A stretch of 64,000 nucleotides of DNA from Hydrolagus affinis (GCA_012026655.1 JAAILG010000598.1:1-64000); one strand, 5' to 3'. Shown: positions 1-13,315, numbered from the stretch's first letter. Notes: generated by a model from the sequence alone, not told the origin. Made by a program: numbers and translations.

Positions 1-144
1 CGAATTCTTCGACCTCCCCTTCGTGTTTCACCCCCTCCCAAACACTCCCCTCCCAGCTCGGGTCACACGCCTCCTGTACAGCGCCTTGGGACGTCCTCCT
101 GACGTGAAAGGCGCTCTATAAGTGTAATTTGTTGTTGTTGTTGT
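1..144 (+). mobile_element. L2 LINE 3' end fragment
   Basis: Ends AGCGCCTTGGGACGTCCTCCTGACGTGAAAGGCGCTCTATAAGTGTAATTT(GTT)n, the same tail found on RT-bearing L2 copies elsewhere in the window (e.g. 43820-43892). Confidence 0.85.
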
Positions 145-420
145 TTAGTTAGTAAGACTAGCAGTTTCCCCAACGTACACTCTGGGGTCCCCAAGCCTTG
201 GCTCTTGCCAACCTGTGCCTAATGCTTTCTGGAATTAAGTGAGAAGGATGCATCCCTTTAGGGAGAGAGTGTGCATACCATTCCAACAATCTTTCTCTAG
301 AATTTCCATGTGTAGGTAGGATGAATGGAAATCTCAGCTTGTTTTGGATACCCTTAAGCATGGTAATGGGTTTCCTCATGGCATTGGGTCAGCTATGAAG
401 TTGACCAAAATAAAAAGAAA
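145..420 (+). mobile_element. 3' UTR fragment of an unclassified non-LTR retrotransposon (same family as 9757-10610)
   Basis: Clearly aligns with 10370-10610 (CACTCTGGGxTCCCCAAGCCTTGGCTCTTGCCAACCTG ... GGATGAATGGAAATCTCAGCTTG ... CTTAAGCATG) and ends in an A-rich tail. Confidence 0.7.
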
Positions 421-834
421 TACACCAGAAGCTTGTGAACTCTTCCTTTTTCGGGAAAAGGAAGAGTTCGCAAGCATTTGGGTGATGTATTTCCATTTCT
501 CAGAAGGCACCCCCATTTACACGGATTGGAGGAATAGTGTTAAGAAATCCTTCAAAGTACTGCACTGTGAAACTATCATTCTATTGTAACAGTATATTAT
601 AATATAATAGTGGCCTTCACATGAAATAGAGTCACGGAGCACTTTACAGAATATTATTCTAAGGTGTAGTAAGCTGAGTTGAGTAATGCCTTGGGACATC
701 CTCCCAATGTGAAAGGTGCTCTATAAATGTAATTTTGTTGTTGGGCAGATGGGGAGAGAAATTGGGTAAGGTGCCTCTGTAATGAGTTTACAATTTATTT
801 TGCTGTTGTGCAAGCAATTTCTTTCTTTTCTAAA

Positions 835-1000
835 AGTAATCTGGTCAAGTTATCTGGAAGGGTAGTTGAGACCAGGACAATGGATGAATTTAAGAAGGTT
901 CAATGGATGAATTTTTAATGGGATAATGATAAATTGGGCATTTTGGGTTAGATCAAAAGACCTGGAGGGACTTTGTCATCCAAATTCTTGTGATTTCTGC
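835..1000 (+). mobile_element. Degraded CR1 LINE 3' end
   Basis: Resembles the C-terminal ORF2/3' UTR of other old CR1 fragments in the window; contains an internal duplication of CAATGGATGAATTT. Confidence 0.45.
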
Positions 1001-1304
1001 TATATTGTATTGAATCTGGTACATCTATAGACAGCGTAAGCAAGCCTGTCTAAATGTAAATGATCTTCCCTGATTGGTGTGGATAACCAATTGTTTTATA
1101 TAGCAATATTCTCACCTTGCAAAGCAACAAAAAAAGTGTGAATTTCTGTTCTGCACGTTCTTTTCAACCACACCATTAATATCATTCCATGTTTGTTGAT
1201 ATTAACAAGAATTTGCACTGTTGCCTTGAAAATTAAAACAGATTTTAATTGTGTCTCCATTCCTACAGTAAGCGATGTATCACTGGCTTGTCTTTCAGAG
1301 GAAA

Positions 1305-1434
1305 GGTATGTTTGAAAAAGGAATTGGATAAAAAAAATTGCAGGACTGTGGGGTAAGAGCGGGAGAGTGGGACAAGTTGGGTAACTCTTTCAAAGAATGG
1401 CACAGGTATTTTGCTTTTGTAAGATTCTATGATT
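1305..1434 (+). mobile_element. CR1 LINE 3' end
   Basis: Similar to 55340-55500 (GGGGxAAGAGCxGGxGAGT...CTCTTTxAAAGA...GGCACAG...GTAAGATTCTATGA). Confidence 0.7.
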
Positions 1435-1592
1435 AACACTAAATGTGGGGTCTGGCTATCAATCTTGTTTACTTCTTTTAGATGGGTTTTGTCAGTTCTC
1501 AGCTGGATAGAACAGGAATATGGCGTCTCAGCTCAGGAGGAGGGGAAACAGACATTTACTAGTTTGGACTTCTTAAATTGTCTAGTTGTTTC

Positions 1593-1703
1593 TCAGGTGA
1601 CACGTTGAAGATCCCATGATACTATTTGAAAAGAGAAGGGAGTTTTCCCCCCAATATCCTAGTTACCAATCCTGCAGGTAAAATAGTCATTTATTTCATG
1701 CTG
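1593..1703 (+). mobile_element. Older Deu-domain SINE fragment
   Basis: CAGGTG...GAAGATCCCATGxxACTATTTGAA...GGGGAGTTxTCCC resembles the DeuSINE central domain, also seen at 63720-63745 and reversed at 58900-58990. Confidence 0.6.
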
Positions 1704-1915
1704 ACCTTGGGCAAGCTTCCTTACTCTTAATAATCCCTGAAAAAAAAATTGTGATTTAAATCCATGAATGTTTGTGGGATACTGTTGTGTGCAATTGGCT
1801 GTTCTGTTTCACCCACAAATACACAGTCAATTTACTTTACAGTATATTCTGTGAAGCTCTTTGAGACGTCTAGAAGATGTGGAAAGCACTATATTGAATG
1901 CAAGGATTATTATTA
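1704..1915 (+). mobile_element. Young tRNA-derived SINE, 5'-truncated
   Basis: ACCTTGGGCAAG...TGTGGGATACTG...AATTGGCTG...TTTACAGTATATTCTGTGAAG...GCAAGG(ATT)n, matching full-length copies in the window. Confidence 0.85.
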
Positions 1916-3842
1916 GGAAATAGCAAGTTTGCTCAATATAATTACTGTGAAGTGAGATGCTTCTTCACAATATGTGTTATAAAACTACCAATTTGTTTTG
2001 TGATGATTTCAATATACTTGTTGCTAACTGGTTGCAGAGTTGCAATTTTTGAATGTCAGGCAGTGTTCATCCTGCACAGGATCTAATGGACTGTAGTTAG
2101 TACAAGTTAGTACCAGTGGGTAATTCACAAGATCATGTGCATTCTGTTCTCTTGGGACAGTCACTTTGACCAAATAAGGTCAAATTGAGGTCACTTAAAT
2201 TTTAAAACACAGTGGTCTTACAGACTCTTGCAAGGTAGAAACTTCAGGTCTCTGATCCTATTCATGAATCATCTGGACCTTAACCCCATTTGTTTGCTTG
2301 TTTTCTATACATTTTAATATTTTAAGTGCCTATCCAATACCTTATCAAAGAATTTATAGACTCTTATGGATTTAGATATTAAGTACTCTATATGAACGCA
2401 ATGACTCAAGAAATAACTCAATGACTCAATGGTGGCATTTTCTACTAACATTTGGTCTTATTTTACTGGAAAAAAAGTAAGCATAACTAAGAGTAAATAA
2501 TGTTTCACATGGGTTAATGTTGACTGACTTTTCTGATGCCTGCTTTTACATGGCCCTCTTGAAACCATGTTCAACTGTGAACTCAGCTTATTGAACTCTG
2601 TGACAGTGCTGAAAGTTTCTTTAAACGCAACTGTTTATGGGTCGACGAGCATTGAACAATTTGCCCAACAGATTAATTAAAACAACCTTGGTTACGAATA
2701 TCCAACAAGTGCGTTGATATACAAAGTGGGGCAAGAGATGTCCGCCCATGTGAATTGAAAATAATTGAATTCTGCCCATTTTAAAAACAATCATGTCTCG
2801 AACATGTAATAAGGCGCTATATCAAATGCAAGGATTATTATCATTATTATTAATGTCGAATCTGTCATGCATTGTTCATTGAAGTATTGATTCTTTAGTT
2901 ACATATTTGTGACTGGATTTTCCAATGCTAAACACTTGAAGAAAACAGGTGAGTGATATGATACAATCTTTCACATTGGGAGGATGTCTCAAAGTGCTTG
3001 ACATTGACAGATGGCCAATGGGCCAGTGGGGGAGGGGCAGGGAAGAGGGGAAATCTGACTCAAAGCAAGGTCAATGAGGTACATGTTCTTTATAATAATC
3101 CTCTGATAGCTCAATGGTTAGATATGCATGTGGATCGACAACAGGTTAAATCTCAGGTTCAGTGCCTGTCCAGTGATGCATCATCAGTTCTCAGTCACGA
3201 CGGTAGTGTGACCTCTTGACCTCTTGAACTGTTCAACTCATCTCGATACCTCTCGATGTGCGAGGAGCAAATACTGTTTTCACTCCCTATCAATATTGAG
3301 TGAACTTTGCTGAAAGTGTTAGTGTGTGAACATGGGTTGAGCACATGACCAACCTTGGCTGTGTCAGCCCAAGTCGAATCATACTCTTCACCCCACCCAC
3401 CATCCACCGCCCGCTCAGAAAGAAAACAATACCTTATTAGAACTCATGTACTTGGGTGTATTACTTCCACCAGATTGCTAAAATTACAGATTTTTTAAAA
3501 AGATATTCTAAAACACAAAAGGAAAGGATTGCTATTTTAGTGATCCGCATGTGGGAAACTCTACTGCCTTCTCGTTAATCGTTCCTCACCAAATAAAACA
3601 ATGTTAATGCTTCAAATAGCATAGGCAACCCGGATCAACATTTAGTTACTGGGTTACATGAGTTCATTACATCAATAGGGAATGAAAACAGTAAACAATG
3701 GCCATCAAGCAAAAATAACTTTTAACTGACAGTATGCTTCCCACTGAAAAGATATCATTCGTCCAATAAACACACAGTAACTGGACTTTATAGTACACCC
3801 TGCAAAGCACTTTGAGACATCCTCCTAACATAAAAGGTACTA

Positions 3843-4202
3843 CAGTAGAAGCCTGTTTATCCGGCACGCTCGGGGAGGTCGACTAATTGGCTGTGCTGGA
3901 TAATCAGGCGGCAAGTTGCCGAAAACCCAACACAAAAAATGTACTTATTTTAAAGCTTACTATATTAATAATCTACTAAATAGTAACAGAATATTGTAAA
4001 GCTACTTACCAATAAAGATTTCAGCACACTTGGTAAAACATCGGTAAAAATCTCCAAGTTCGTAAGTTTAATAAGTGCGCATGTGCACACATTGCGCGCA
4101 TGCGCAAATTGAACATACGCGTGATTGCTGGAATGGGGAATTGCCCCAGGAGGGGATTGAGCAATCCGGTTAATGGAGTCACGGATAAAAGGGCTTCTAC
4201 TG
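3843..4202. mobile_element. Non-autonomous Tc1/mariner (Tigger/pogo-like) MITE, 360 bp
   Basis: TIRs CAGTAGAAGCCTGTTTATCCG and (reverse complement) CAGTAGAAGCCCTTTTATCCG match 19/21. Flanked by TA at 3841-3842 and 4203-4204; interrupts a SINE tail. Confidence 0.85.
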
Positions 4203-7200
4203 TATATAAAATACAAGGATTATTAGTATTATTATTAATGTATCGTTATATATTTGCGTCCATATGTGGTAATTCAGGAGTTGCTAATAAAAACTTTGAG
4301 CCACAAATAGGGATGACTGCAAATGCCAATATGAGAGAACGTAACTTACTGAATTTCCTGCGGATCGGAATGACTCACGTCCCATTTCTTTGGTAGTTGT
4401 CACACACATCTCCTGTTATGAATTGCTGAATATTGGATCCTACAGTGCTAAAATAGGCCAGAAATTCAACCTATTAGAAGGTTCATTTTGCATAAAATTA
4501 AGGATTAGCACAGAACTGCGAAAAAAATCCTATACTCAGTCTTCAATTGGAAACACTGAAATTTCCCACAGTTCTTAAAAATCATCTTTTCACAATTCTG
4601 CACAATATTAAATTGTAAAACAGAATGGTCTTCCATAAGGTGGAAGTTCAAACCTATTACATTTTCTTAGGCATGTAGCGCTGAGGCGATACACAGTACT
4701 AATGTCCCCGGTGCTTCTGCAGTAGACTGTGTTTGAACCACGGTTGTGTTGCACGAGATTTTCTCATTAAGGTTGTGCATATTTGTAACCTGTATCATTC
4801 AGTACCAATAATGCCAATTATTACATGGATGTGCTGTTGTCAGTGGTAGCCAGCCAAAGTATTTCAGTCTCCACCATTCCGTGCTAATCCTGGGTGTAAA
4901 TTAAAACAAATTGCAGCTGGTCTCAATTATGTAAAATTGATATAAAAGAACACAAGACAGCTCTAACATGTCCTGGTAATTCAAAGATGTATACAGACTT
5001 CTGTATTAGCTGCTGGTAGGAGCCTGCAGATGTTTCATTTGAATGGTCCTCTCCCATGCTTCTGTTACATCCTAAATTTATATCCAGAGCAGGACAGTGT
5101 CTATCAACCCTTTAAATTAAATAATCACAGGGATTGATACAGTGCCTTTCACATTTCAACATGCTTCACAATAAGTCGCTGTGACTGTATTTATTTCGGG
5201 GGTAAATCCAAAAGGCTAAAGGGTCCTCTTCACCTGTAACTCTCTTGTGATCCGAAGAGTGCATAGCATTATGAACTAGCACAATGACTCTTCACCCAGA
5301 AACCTGATATGAATTCAACCAAGAATCCTTCGTCAGTTGTATGGCAACTACATTAAATGAGTTTCAGCTGAATCGCCAGTGGATGGGCTATTGTAGTAAA
5401 AAACTCACAAAGAACCAGACTGGTGAATTCACCAGTTAGATAACTGTGGGCACTAGTCCACGTTGTTTTAGTTTCTAAGTGGGAAATATTCACATCCTGA
5501 TCTATCAATTGCTTCTTGTGCAGCTTCTGTTGGCTTGCTCCACACCATTTCAATCCTTCCCCATTCCCTCAATCTGCCAGAGGCGAAGTGGTTCACTTGA
5601 CTAATCATCAGCTTTATTTACTTTCCTATCAATCTTTCTTCCATTTACATGTTACCTTTGATTGGTTTGCACATAGTAATGCGAGCATAGTGTGCACCAG
5701 AGTGGCAGGTATAATTGCAAATTTGTGCCTTGTCAGAAACTCAGCAGCTACAGTGCCAAGTTTGTGCCAAGATTGGATCTAGTGGCAGGGAAAGAGAAAG
5801 TTGGGACCAATGTGTTAACTTTCACACACTGTTGTCATGAAGTAACTGGAGAGAGAAAAAATTGCAGTTTTGATCGCTCCTGAAACTGGGTAGTTTTTGT
5901 TGCTATTAAACTCATCTTTTCGTCCGCTTTAGCAAATGTTGCATTCTTACCCAAATGTAACCTTTTATTCTTTTCGTTCCATCTCTTCTCCTCATTAGTT
6001 TTATTCCATGGTACAATCCTCTAATACTACCATTCCTTCCTGTCATGTCACCGTGACTGCCATATTTCCTCCAACACCTCCTGCCATGCCCACACTTTCA
6101 CCCACAGACACACCCAAATGACTCTCTCTTTGTCTCCCACCCCTTTCTATTCCTCTGTCTACATGCCACAAGTTTCATATCAACCCTGTGTCATGTACAA
6201 GTCACATTATTTATGCAGGAGACATGCAGTATTTGCATGGGAAATATATATTGTTTACACATCACTTTGCAACTGTGTGAGAAGCTGGAAAAGGGTTCTC
6301 TAAACCCAGCATAACTTGTCCAGCGCCCAAATAGCAGCAGCTTTGCTTTGCTGTGCAAGAGTCTTACCCAGTTTAAGCACATACACACAGAAACTGACAC
6401 TGAGACATGCAATTGCTGCACAGCGCCAGATGGGAGTGAATTATTACCTTTGTCCCAGTGTGAACTTTATTTTGAAAGATTAATTTACAGTGTCCTGATA
6501 GGTAAACTCACACACTTGTGCATTCAAAGCCCTGTCAAAACATACTGTATAGGCTCCAAGGCATTCTGGTATTTTTTTTTACAAGAACAGATGTCAGGAA
6601 TAAGGTAACTCATTTAGAATTATTTTCTCTTGGTTTTTCGATAAAAGCAGTTATTTTTTTGGGTAGTTGTTTTTGTATAGATATGCATTTTATTTTTTCT
6701 TCCTTCCCCCACCCCACCCAAGTGTTCTTCTTTTCTTCATGTGATGGATCTTGTGCTCAGAGTCAAACTAAACAACCACCTAAAAAAATTAGGACAGGAG
6801 CCAATTTTCCAAAGATTTTCATTGTTGTGAAATGTTGTCATGACTATTATACGTGCATCCAACTCACAAAGACTTCAGAAAGAACCTTGTGAGACTATTG
6901 AAATTTAATTTTATGAGGATTTCATGTTATTTTGTGAAGCACTTTGAGATGTCTCAAAGACATGATAAGGTACTATATCAAATACATCATTATTATATTA
7001 ATATTATCATTAAATTCCTGCTAATGGTATAAACAGTACTGGGGCTGATTTACAATAAAAAAAAAGCTGAGAAAAGGTTTCCAGTGTGGCATTAATAAAG
7101 TTCCTTCATGCAAAATGTCCTCTATCCTCTTTCATTTTTTACATGTCCAAGCAATTGAAACTTTTTTTTTAAAAAAGGCCTTTTTGTGGCTTTATCTGAA

Positions 7201-9404
7201 ATGCAGTGTGAGATTTAAAATGTGGTCATTCATAAAATAATTTCTAAATATAGAATTCTGCAAGTACTTGATGATTCCCTGCAAGCTGAACTCACCATCA
7301 CAGTAACTTGCAGGCAATTCTGGAATCGGGGGGAGGAATTGTACGGGACATAGTATCAGATGAAACAAACATTTCTGCTGGGACACCTCCAACGGTGCGG
7401 ATAACAAGCTGGACCTTTCTCTAAACAAAGCCCCATCCATCGCACCCAAAATAAATTGGATTCACAGATATACATAAGGCTCTTTGGACTGATTCAGATT
7501 GTTGTAGTTTGGCTTTTAGTCGAATTCCGCAGGGGCCAAAATAGAAATCGGATGTCAGGCTGAGATTTCGTGATTGCTTAAATCAGAAACCTCCGGGAGA
7601 ATGAATTGGATTGTATTTTAACTATTCTAGTGTTAATAACTAAAGTTCAAACATTCATTTCCCTCTCCTGCTTCCTGAAGAATTAAGAGTTATGCTAACT
7701 GTAGCCCTTCAGGGCAAAGATCTACTGAGTGTCGCACACTATTATTTCACCTGTTGTGCACTTGTGCAGCACCATGTTGCCTCTCCTGTCAATGCAGGGC
7801 AGCTGAGGCACAAATCAGTAAACATGGCATCATGCCTCGCTCTGCTTTTCTCATGGAAGGAACTGAGAAGTAAAGTGCTTTTTAATTTTTTTTTATCTTA
7901 ATCCCCCGTGCTGGAAAAAAAACATATATAGTTTTCATTATGCAATTCAGATTTGGATGATTCCAGGCACCGAATCTTCCCAAAATCCAAATGCATCCTT
8001 ATTATGATTTGCAGCCAGATACTGAGTGTCTCACTCCCTTATGTATATTATTATGCAATGTAATAAGAGCCGTACAAGACATACATTATGATTCTAAATA
8101 AAATTTGATGCTGACCTCCTCAGGCTGTACAGCTGAAAGCAGATTTAAAAAAAAAATCCATACTGACCTCATCTCCATCCAGTTCATATCGACAGTTGTC
8201 ACTCAAGCTGCGATATCACGTTAACATTTCTGATTCCTATCATAGGTTTCCATAGCACAGCAAAATCCTGTTAACTTCTGACACTGTCACCTCTATAGCA
8301 TCCTTTCCCCCGGCTTATAAAGCATGGCTGAACTCTCAGTCTCTGCAGCATTTTTAGTGCCTTGAAATGATCACGATTAAGAATATTCGATTTGTTCTGT
8401 GCTCAAGTCCCAACAGTTTAAAAACTTTGCTGGTTTCAAAATCATTAGAAAATAACATACTCCATGTTAAATGCATGCATTGTGAATTCATTCCGATAAA
8501 CTGCAAAGGAAAATGATTTGAAATCTGCTATGACAAAAATTACAACAACAACTTATGAATGCCTCAAGCTTTTAAAAGCCATTGTTTGTGGTATAGTTTT
8601 TTTTCAAGGTCCAGTTGTTGAACAAATCAAAGCAGTTGTACCAATCCGTTTACTTAGGAATGAATCATCCAAACCCAACAGAACAGAACTTTATAAGAAA
8701 CATAGCTCCCTGCCATAAAACTACATTAGGAAAGCCACAGAGGACCCATGAAAAGGTTGAAAGTTCCTGTGCTTTTTAGTGGAATAATTAACCTTTAAAT
8801 CTCCTGTGAGACCCAATGGAAACTTTCAGATCTACAGTATTTTGAGGAGAAAAAAAAGCAAATACTAGAAATTGCTTCACTTTAAAGTAATTTTTTTTTC
8901 TCTTCAAGCTTTATTTGGAAGCACCTTAACCTAATGTAGCACGCTTGTTTATTGCTGTGAAAAGCAAGACATTTTGTTGAAAGCACCAGCTATAACTGCA
9001 CGACGGGAACTGAGAAAAATTAAATGAAAACGCTAGTAAATCGCTTGCTCTCTGCACCTTCTGTTTCAAAGGTCTATGGCTCAGAAAATTATCTTTTTAA
9101 ATTCTCTTCCAAAATTTGTTTTAGCATAGTGTGCCCTGAAGTAATCAATTCCCATCTCTTTTTCTCTTACCCTTTGTAATCCGAGGTCATCTGAGGTCAG
9201 ACATAGTGACAGTTGAACAACTCTTGACATGTAGCCTATCATATTACAGTGTTTCCTATGAATTTATATCTCAGTAGGTTCTGCCCAGCTCCTGGAAAAA
9301 AGGAAGTCCTGGAAGAGAAATGAAAGAACTTTTCAAATATTTTTTGTTGTTCAAAACGGAAAAGCAAAATATTTAAGTTATAACTATCCAAATAATAATA
9401 ATCC

Positions 9405-9600
9405 ATGGATTTGATAGAGCAGTTTTCACATCGAGAGGACATTTCAAAGTGTTTCACTGGATGTAATGTAACCCGCAGTGGTTGTATTTATTTGTGTAGG
9501 CAAATGCAGCAGCCAATTTGCACACACAAATAGCTATGAAGTGAATGATCAATTTTATGCTCTAATCTTTAGTAAGGACGCTGAGAGAAACTCCCTTCTC
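9405..9600 (-). mobile_element. Older Deu-type SINE 3' portion
   Basis: GCAGCCAATTTGCACAC core and a degraded L2-type tail, reversed. Confidence 0.6.
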
Positions 9601-9756
9601 TACATCACATAACATTGTGTCACAGAATGTCCCCATCACGGCCTGTCCTGTTTTTCCCATCCGGTCCTATTTTTTGACCTCCCACACCTATAGGCACAGA
9701 TTGCTTCACATCTGTGAGTTGCACACATTGGGTCATACAATATTTAACTTGCATTC

Positions 9757-10610
9757 GTATATCCAGCTCCTGGAATCCACCTTGGTAGGCCTACAGAGAG
9801 GCAAGCAGCTGCTGCTTAAACTCCGCACCTCCAATTGGTGGAATCATCACTCAATGGGAAGGGATGTGTGCCCGAGTTCTGGACAGGAAGACGATGGCAA
9901 TGCTCTCACGCATTTCATGTTGAGATGCATTGCCCACCGGGAAGGTCACAGAGAATTCTTAGTAACTTCCATCCACCTGGTGAGGTTCAAACCCACGCTT
10001 GTCAAGACATTGAATAACCAATTAGTGACTATGATCCTGGGAGGGGTGTGGGGGGGGAGATAAACAGGGTCTCTAAGGTGACATTCCCGGCAACAGAATG
10101 TTGGAATCAAGTCAGCCCTCTGTGACTGTCTTGGTAGTCTGGTTCCTGAGCAGGCTGGTGGGACCACAGTATTCAAGGGCATTGCTAATGACAGCACAAC
10201 CTGCCTGCCTCATCAATAGAGCATTGAATGTCACATCAGTCACCTGGAGCAGGGAGTCATCCTACACAGCTCCTATTAACCTTGTAAGTCAAAAGGGTAA
10301 GGTGGTCCTAGCTGGATAAGCAGCTAAAAAGCTTGTCGGACAGCAAAATCAAGGGCAAGCTGTGGGGTTTTAGCTGGTGGGACTCCAACAGTTACCTCAA
10401 CCCACACTCTGGGATCCCCAAGCCTTGGCTCTTGCCAACCTGCACCTAATGCCTTTTGGAATTAGGTAAGCAGGATGGATGCATCTTTGCATTCCATTCC
10501 AACAATCTATCTCTGGTATTTCCATGTGTAAGTGGGATGAATGGAAATCTCAGCTTGGTTTGAATACTCTTAAGCATGAGTCAGACAATCAGCTGGTTAA
10601 AAAAAAGAAG
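9757..10610 (+). mobile_element. 3' end of a non-LTR retrotransposon: ORF2 C-terminus with degenerate CCHC zinc knuckle, 3' UTR and A-rich tail
   Basis: ORF 9617-10063 contains LLKLRTS...CPSSGQEDDGNALTHFMLRC, typical of a non-LTR ORF2 C-terminal Cx2C..H..C motif. Downstream sequence recurs at 145-420 and 35108-35185, each ending A-rich. Confidence 0.6.
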
Positions 10611-11711
10611 ATATGAAATGGAAGATAAGTAAAAAGATCTGACATTCCTTACCACCTTTTCCAAAACCTTGACGAAGGTTTGCACTCAGCTGTGGGTTTT
10701 CATTGCTGCTATCTTAGTTCATTCTAAAGTCAACTCACTGCTTAGAAGATTCAGTTGTGTCAATTAATAACCCTGAAGGAATGTCACACACTGTAGCAGA
10801 CTTGCTACATCCTGGTTCTATCTCCATTTCCATTCTGGCTGAGGGTCAGCGTCATGTACCCAATCTAAAGGCCAATGAGATTCCCACTAGTTTCCAGGAA
10901 CCTGGGAGAGGAGAGTTTACAAACCATTGGACAAGAAGAGACTTTGGACTGTTTTTGCAGCATTTATTTTCTTCATTTATGTTAAGCCAATGCAGTCCAC
11001 TTAAAGCTCCTCTTGATATTGGTTGAAACTCATACTACCCACCCTTTCCACCCTACCAGGTGTAAGGTGGCATTATAAATGTTTAACAAATTTGTATACA
11101 TTAAATGAACCACTTTGTTGACAGACACACCCCATAATCTGCAATGTATTCTAAGGCCAGCGCTGCAGTTTCTCCTTGAGTATTGAATTCCTCTTCAGTA
11201 CTGAGTGGGTTAAGGAAGTATGCAGTACAACACTGACTCAGTGGACAACACAAAATGGAGCATAAGCTATTCAGCTCCTTTCAATATTCAGTATGAATCA
11301 TAATTTTTAATATTCAGCCTTAATGCCAAACATTTTATGGAGCAATAAAGATGACTATGGCTGAAATTTGTAGTTTGGCCCATATTTTAATATGCTGCAC
11401 ACACACCCATATTCAACCATATTCCAGTGCTCAATGGTAACTGTATTGCAGCTATACAGTAGATGACCCTTTTTCACTCAGGAAGCAGCTACCTACGTTC
11501 ATTTACCCATCAGTGCTGGAGGTAAAGCCACTAATATCGTGGTCTTGACATCTGTCTAATAGGAAATTGTAAAATGAAACATGTTTGTTTCAGCTGGAAT
11601 ACGGGGAGTTGAAAGCATTTTGTAATTGCTTTCATCAATGGGGCTGTGTTCCTCTCCCCAGCACAAAACATCTTGTCTACTATTGCAGGACTTCGCAAGA
11701 TTGGTTTGATT

Positions 11712-11965
11712 TAAGAAGGCCTTTCGGTTCCATCCAACCTCATCCCTCTAGAACATCCATCCTTATCATCCCCCCAACATCATTACAGTATCAAGCTGCT
11801 GTTTTTGTTTTAAATCAATCCAATACCCTGGCCTTAACCATCCTTAATAGCAACTCATTCCCATTGGGGAATGAGTTGGTACCCTCTGGCTAAAGACATC
11901 CTTTTATCTGTCCTGAAATTTCTCTTTGCAACTCCAAATTTATGTCCTCTTCTTTTCTTGTCTTC
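11712..11965 (-). mobile_element. Old CR1 LINE 3' end
   Basis: AGAAGGCCTTTCGG...CTCATCCCTC...AAGCTGCT...TTTAAAT, shared with 14866-15050, 44525-44700 and 57260-57420. Confidence 0.55.
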
Positions 11966-11995
11966 GTGGACTGATCTGTCATGATGACCTCCGTA

Positions 11996-12311
11996 AATAA
12001 TAATAATAATATTCCTTGCATATAATCCTTAAAATAATCCTTATCACATCTTCTAGACGTCTCAAAGCGCTTTACTGAATATACTGTAAAGTGAATTAAC
12101 TGTGTATATGTGGACGAAACTTAGCAGCCAATTGAGCACAGCATTGTCCCACAAACAGTCATGGATTAAAATGACCAAATTTTCTTTTGAATGATTATTA
12201 TCAGGTGTGTGGAATAAGGAAACATGCCCAAGCATGCCTTTGCCATGCTGGAATCGGACCCAGTTCTCTCGCTTGTAAGGCGAATGCTGTAACCATTGAG
12301 CTACAGGACTC
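11996..12311 (-). mobile_element. Young tRNA-derived SINE, full length
   Basis: Reverse strand reads GAGTCCTGTAGCTCAATGGTT (box A), a degenerate box B, the Deu-like core and an (ATT)n tail. Confidence 0.9.
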
Positions 12312-13315
12312 GCTCAGATGTAGATTGAATCGGAGTGGAATTTCTGTGAGTCAATATAACATATTTCCATTTTCTTAAAATAGAAATCCTGTTAGAAATT
12401 ACTCCAAATGAGACTCTAATGTAAAATGGCAGAATTGGGTCTGCCTTTTTCCATACAGTGGCTTCTTAATCTTGGCCATACTACCACCCAACCCCCCACC
12501 CAACACACATGCACATACCCATCCGGGTTCACCAATACCAAGGTTACTGTGAAATCTGTCATCAACCTTAGAATTGGTTAAACCCAGGAGGTGACAATCC
12601 AAAACATGTTTTAAAGCTATGTAAGAAAGCAAATGAGTGGACAGATTGTTGCTCATAGCCCTGCAACTGGCTAAAGGATAAATGATGCTAATATCTACCC
12701 TGCATATAGTTTTAATACCACTCCAAATACTTCCTCAACAACACCAAATTGATCAATTTGCTGCACCTGAGTAACAAAGCAGGGCTCTTACACCTGCTCC
12801 AAAAATAAAAGAGCAGAACAATGATTCAAATGAGTAAAGTGTAAAGCAGAAATGTACATTGGAGGTGATAGGCCAGAGAACGAATGTGGAGACTATGAAA
12901 ATCAACAAGAGACTATGGAAATTAACAATGGACTGAAAAAGATAGACTCGATGGAAAAAAAGAAAGTGGACAGGAAGCAGAATGAATGCCAATTATAATA
13001 ATTTGGTTAAAGCCTCCATTGAACTGAATCTGTTGCATATGCTATTCATTCGCAGAACAGCACACAGCTGTAAACTCTGTGGATTGATCAAACAAGGGCA
13101 ATGTTACCCGGAATGTGTTTTCAGCCAATACTTGGGATTGTGCTGATGAGGTAGATGCTCTGCAAAAGGGCAGGGATTGTATCTATAATAATGTTGCTTC
13201 TGATTCAGTTTGAACTTTTCATAACTAGTTTTGTGTTGTACGAAAATAAAAGGAACATTTCGGTTGAAGAATAAGCATAGGGTGTATTTCACTTACCGTC
13301 TGCTGCATCCATTGT

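Noticed and set aside
12889-12928. 20 bp tandem duplication GAGACTATGRAAATYAACAA
   Set aside because: Only two units with no spacer; an ordinary local duplication, not an array.
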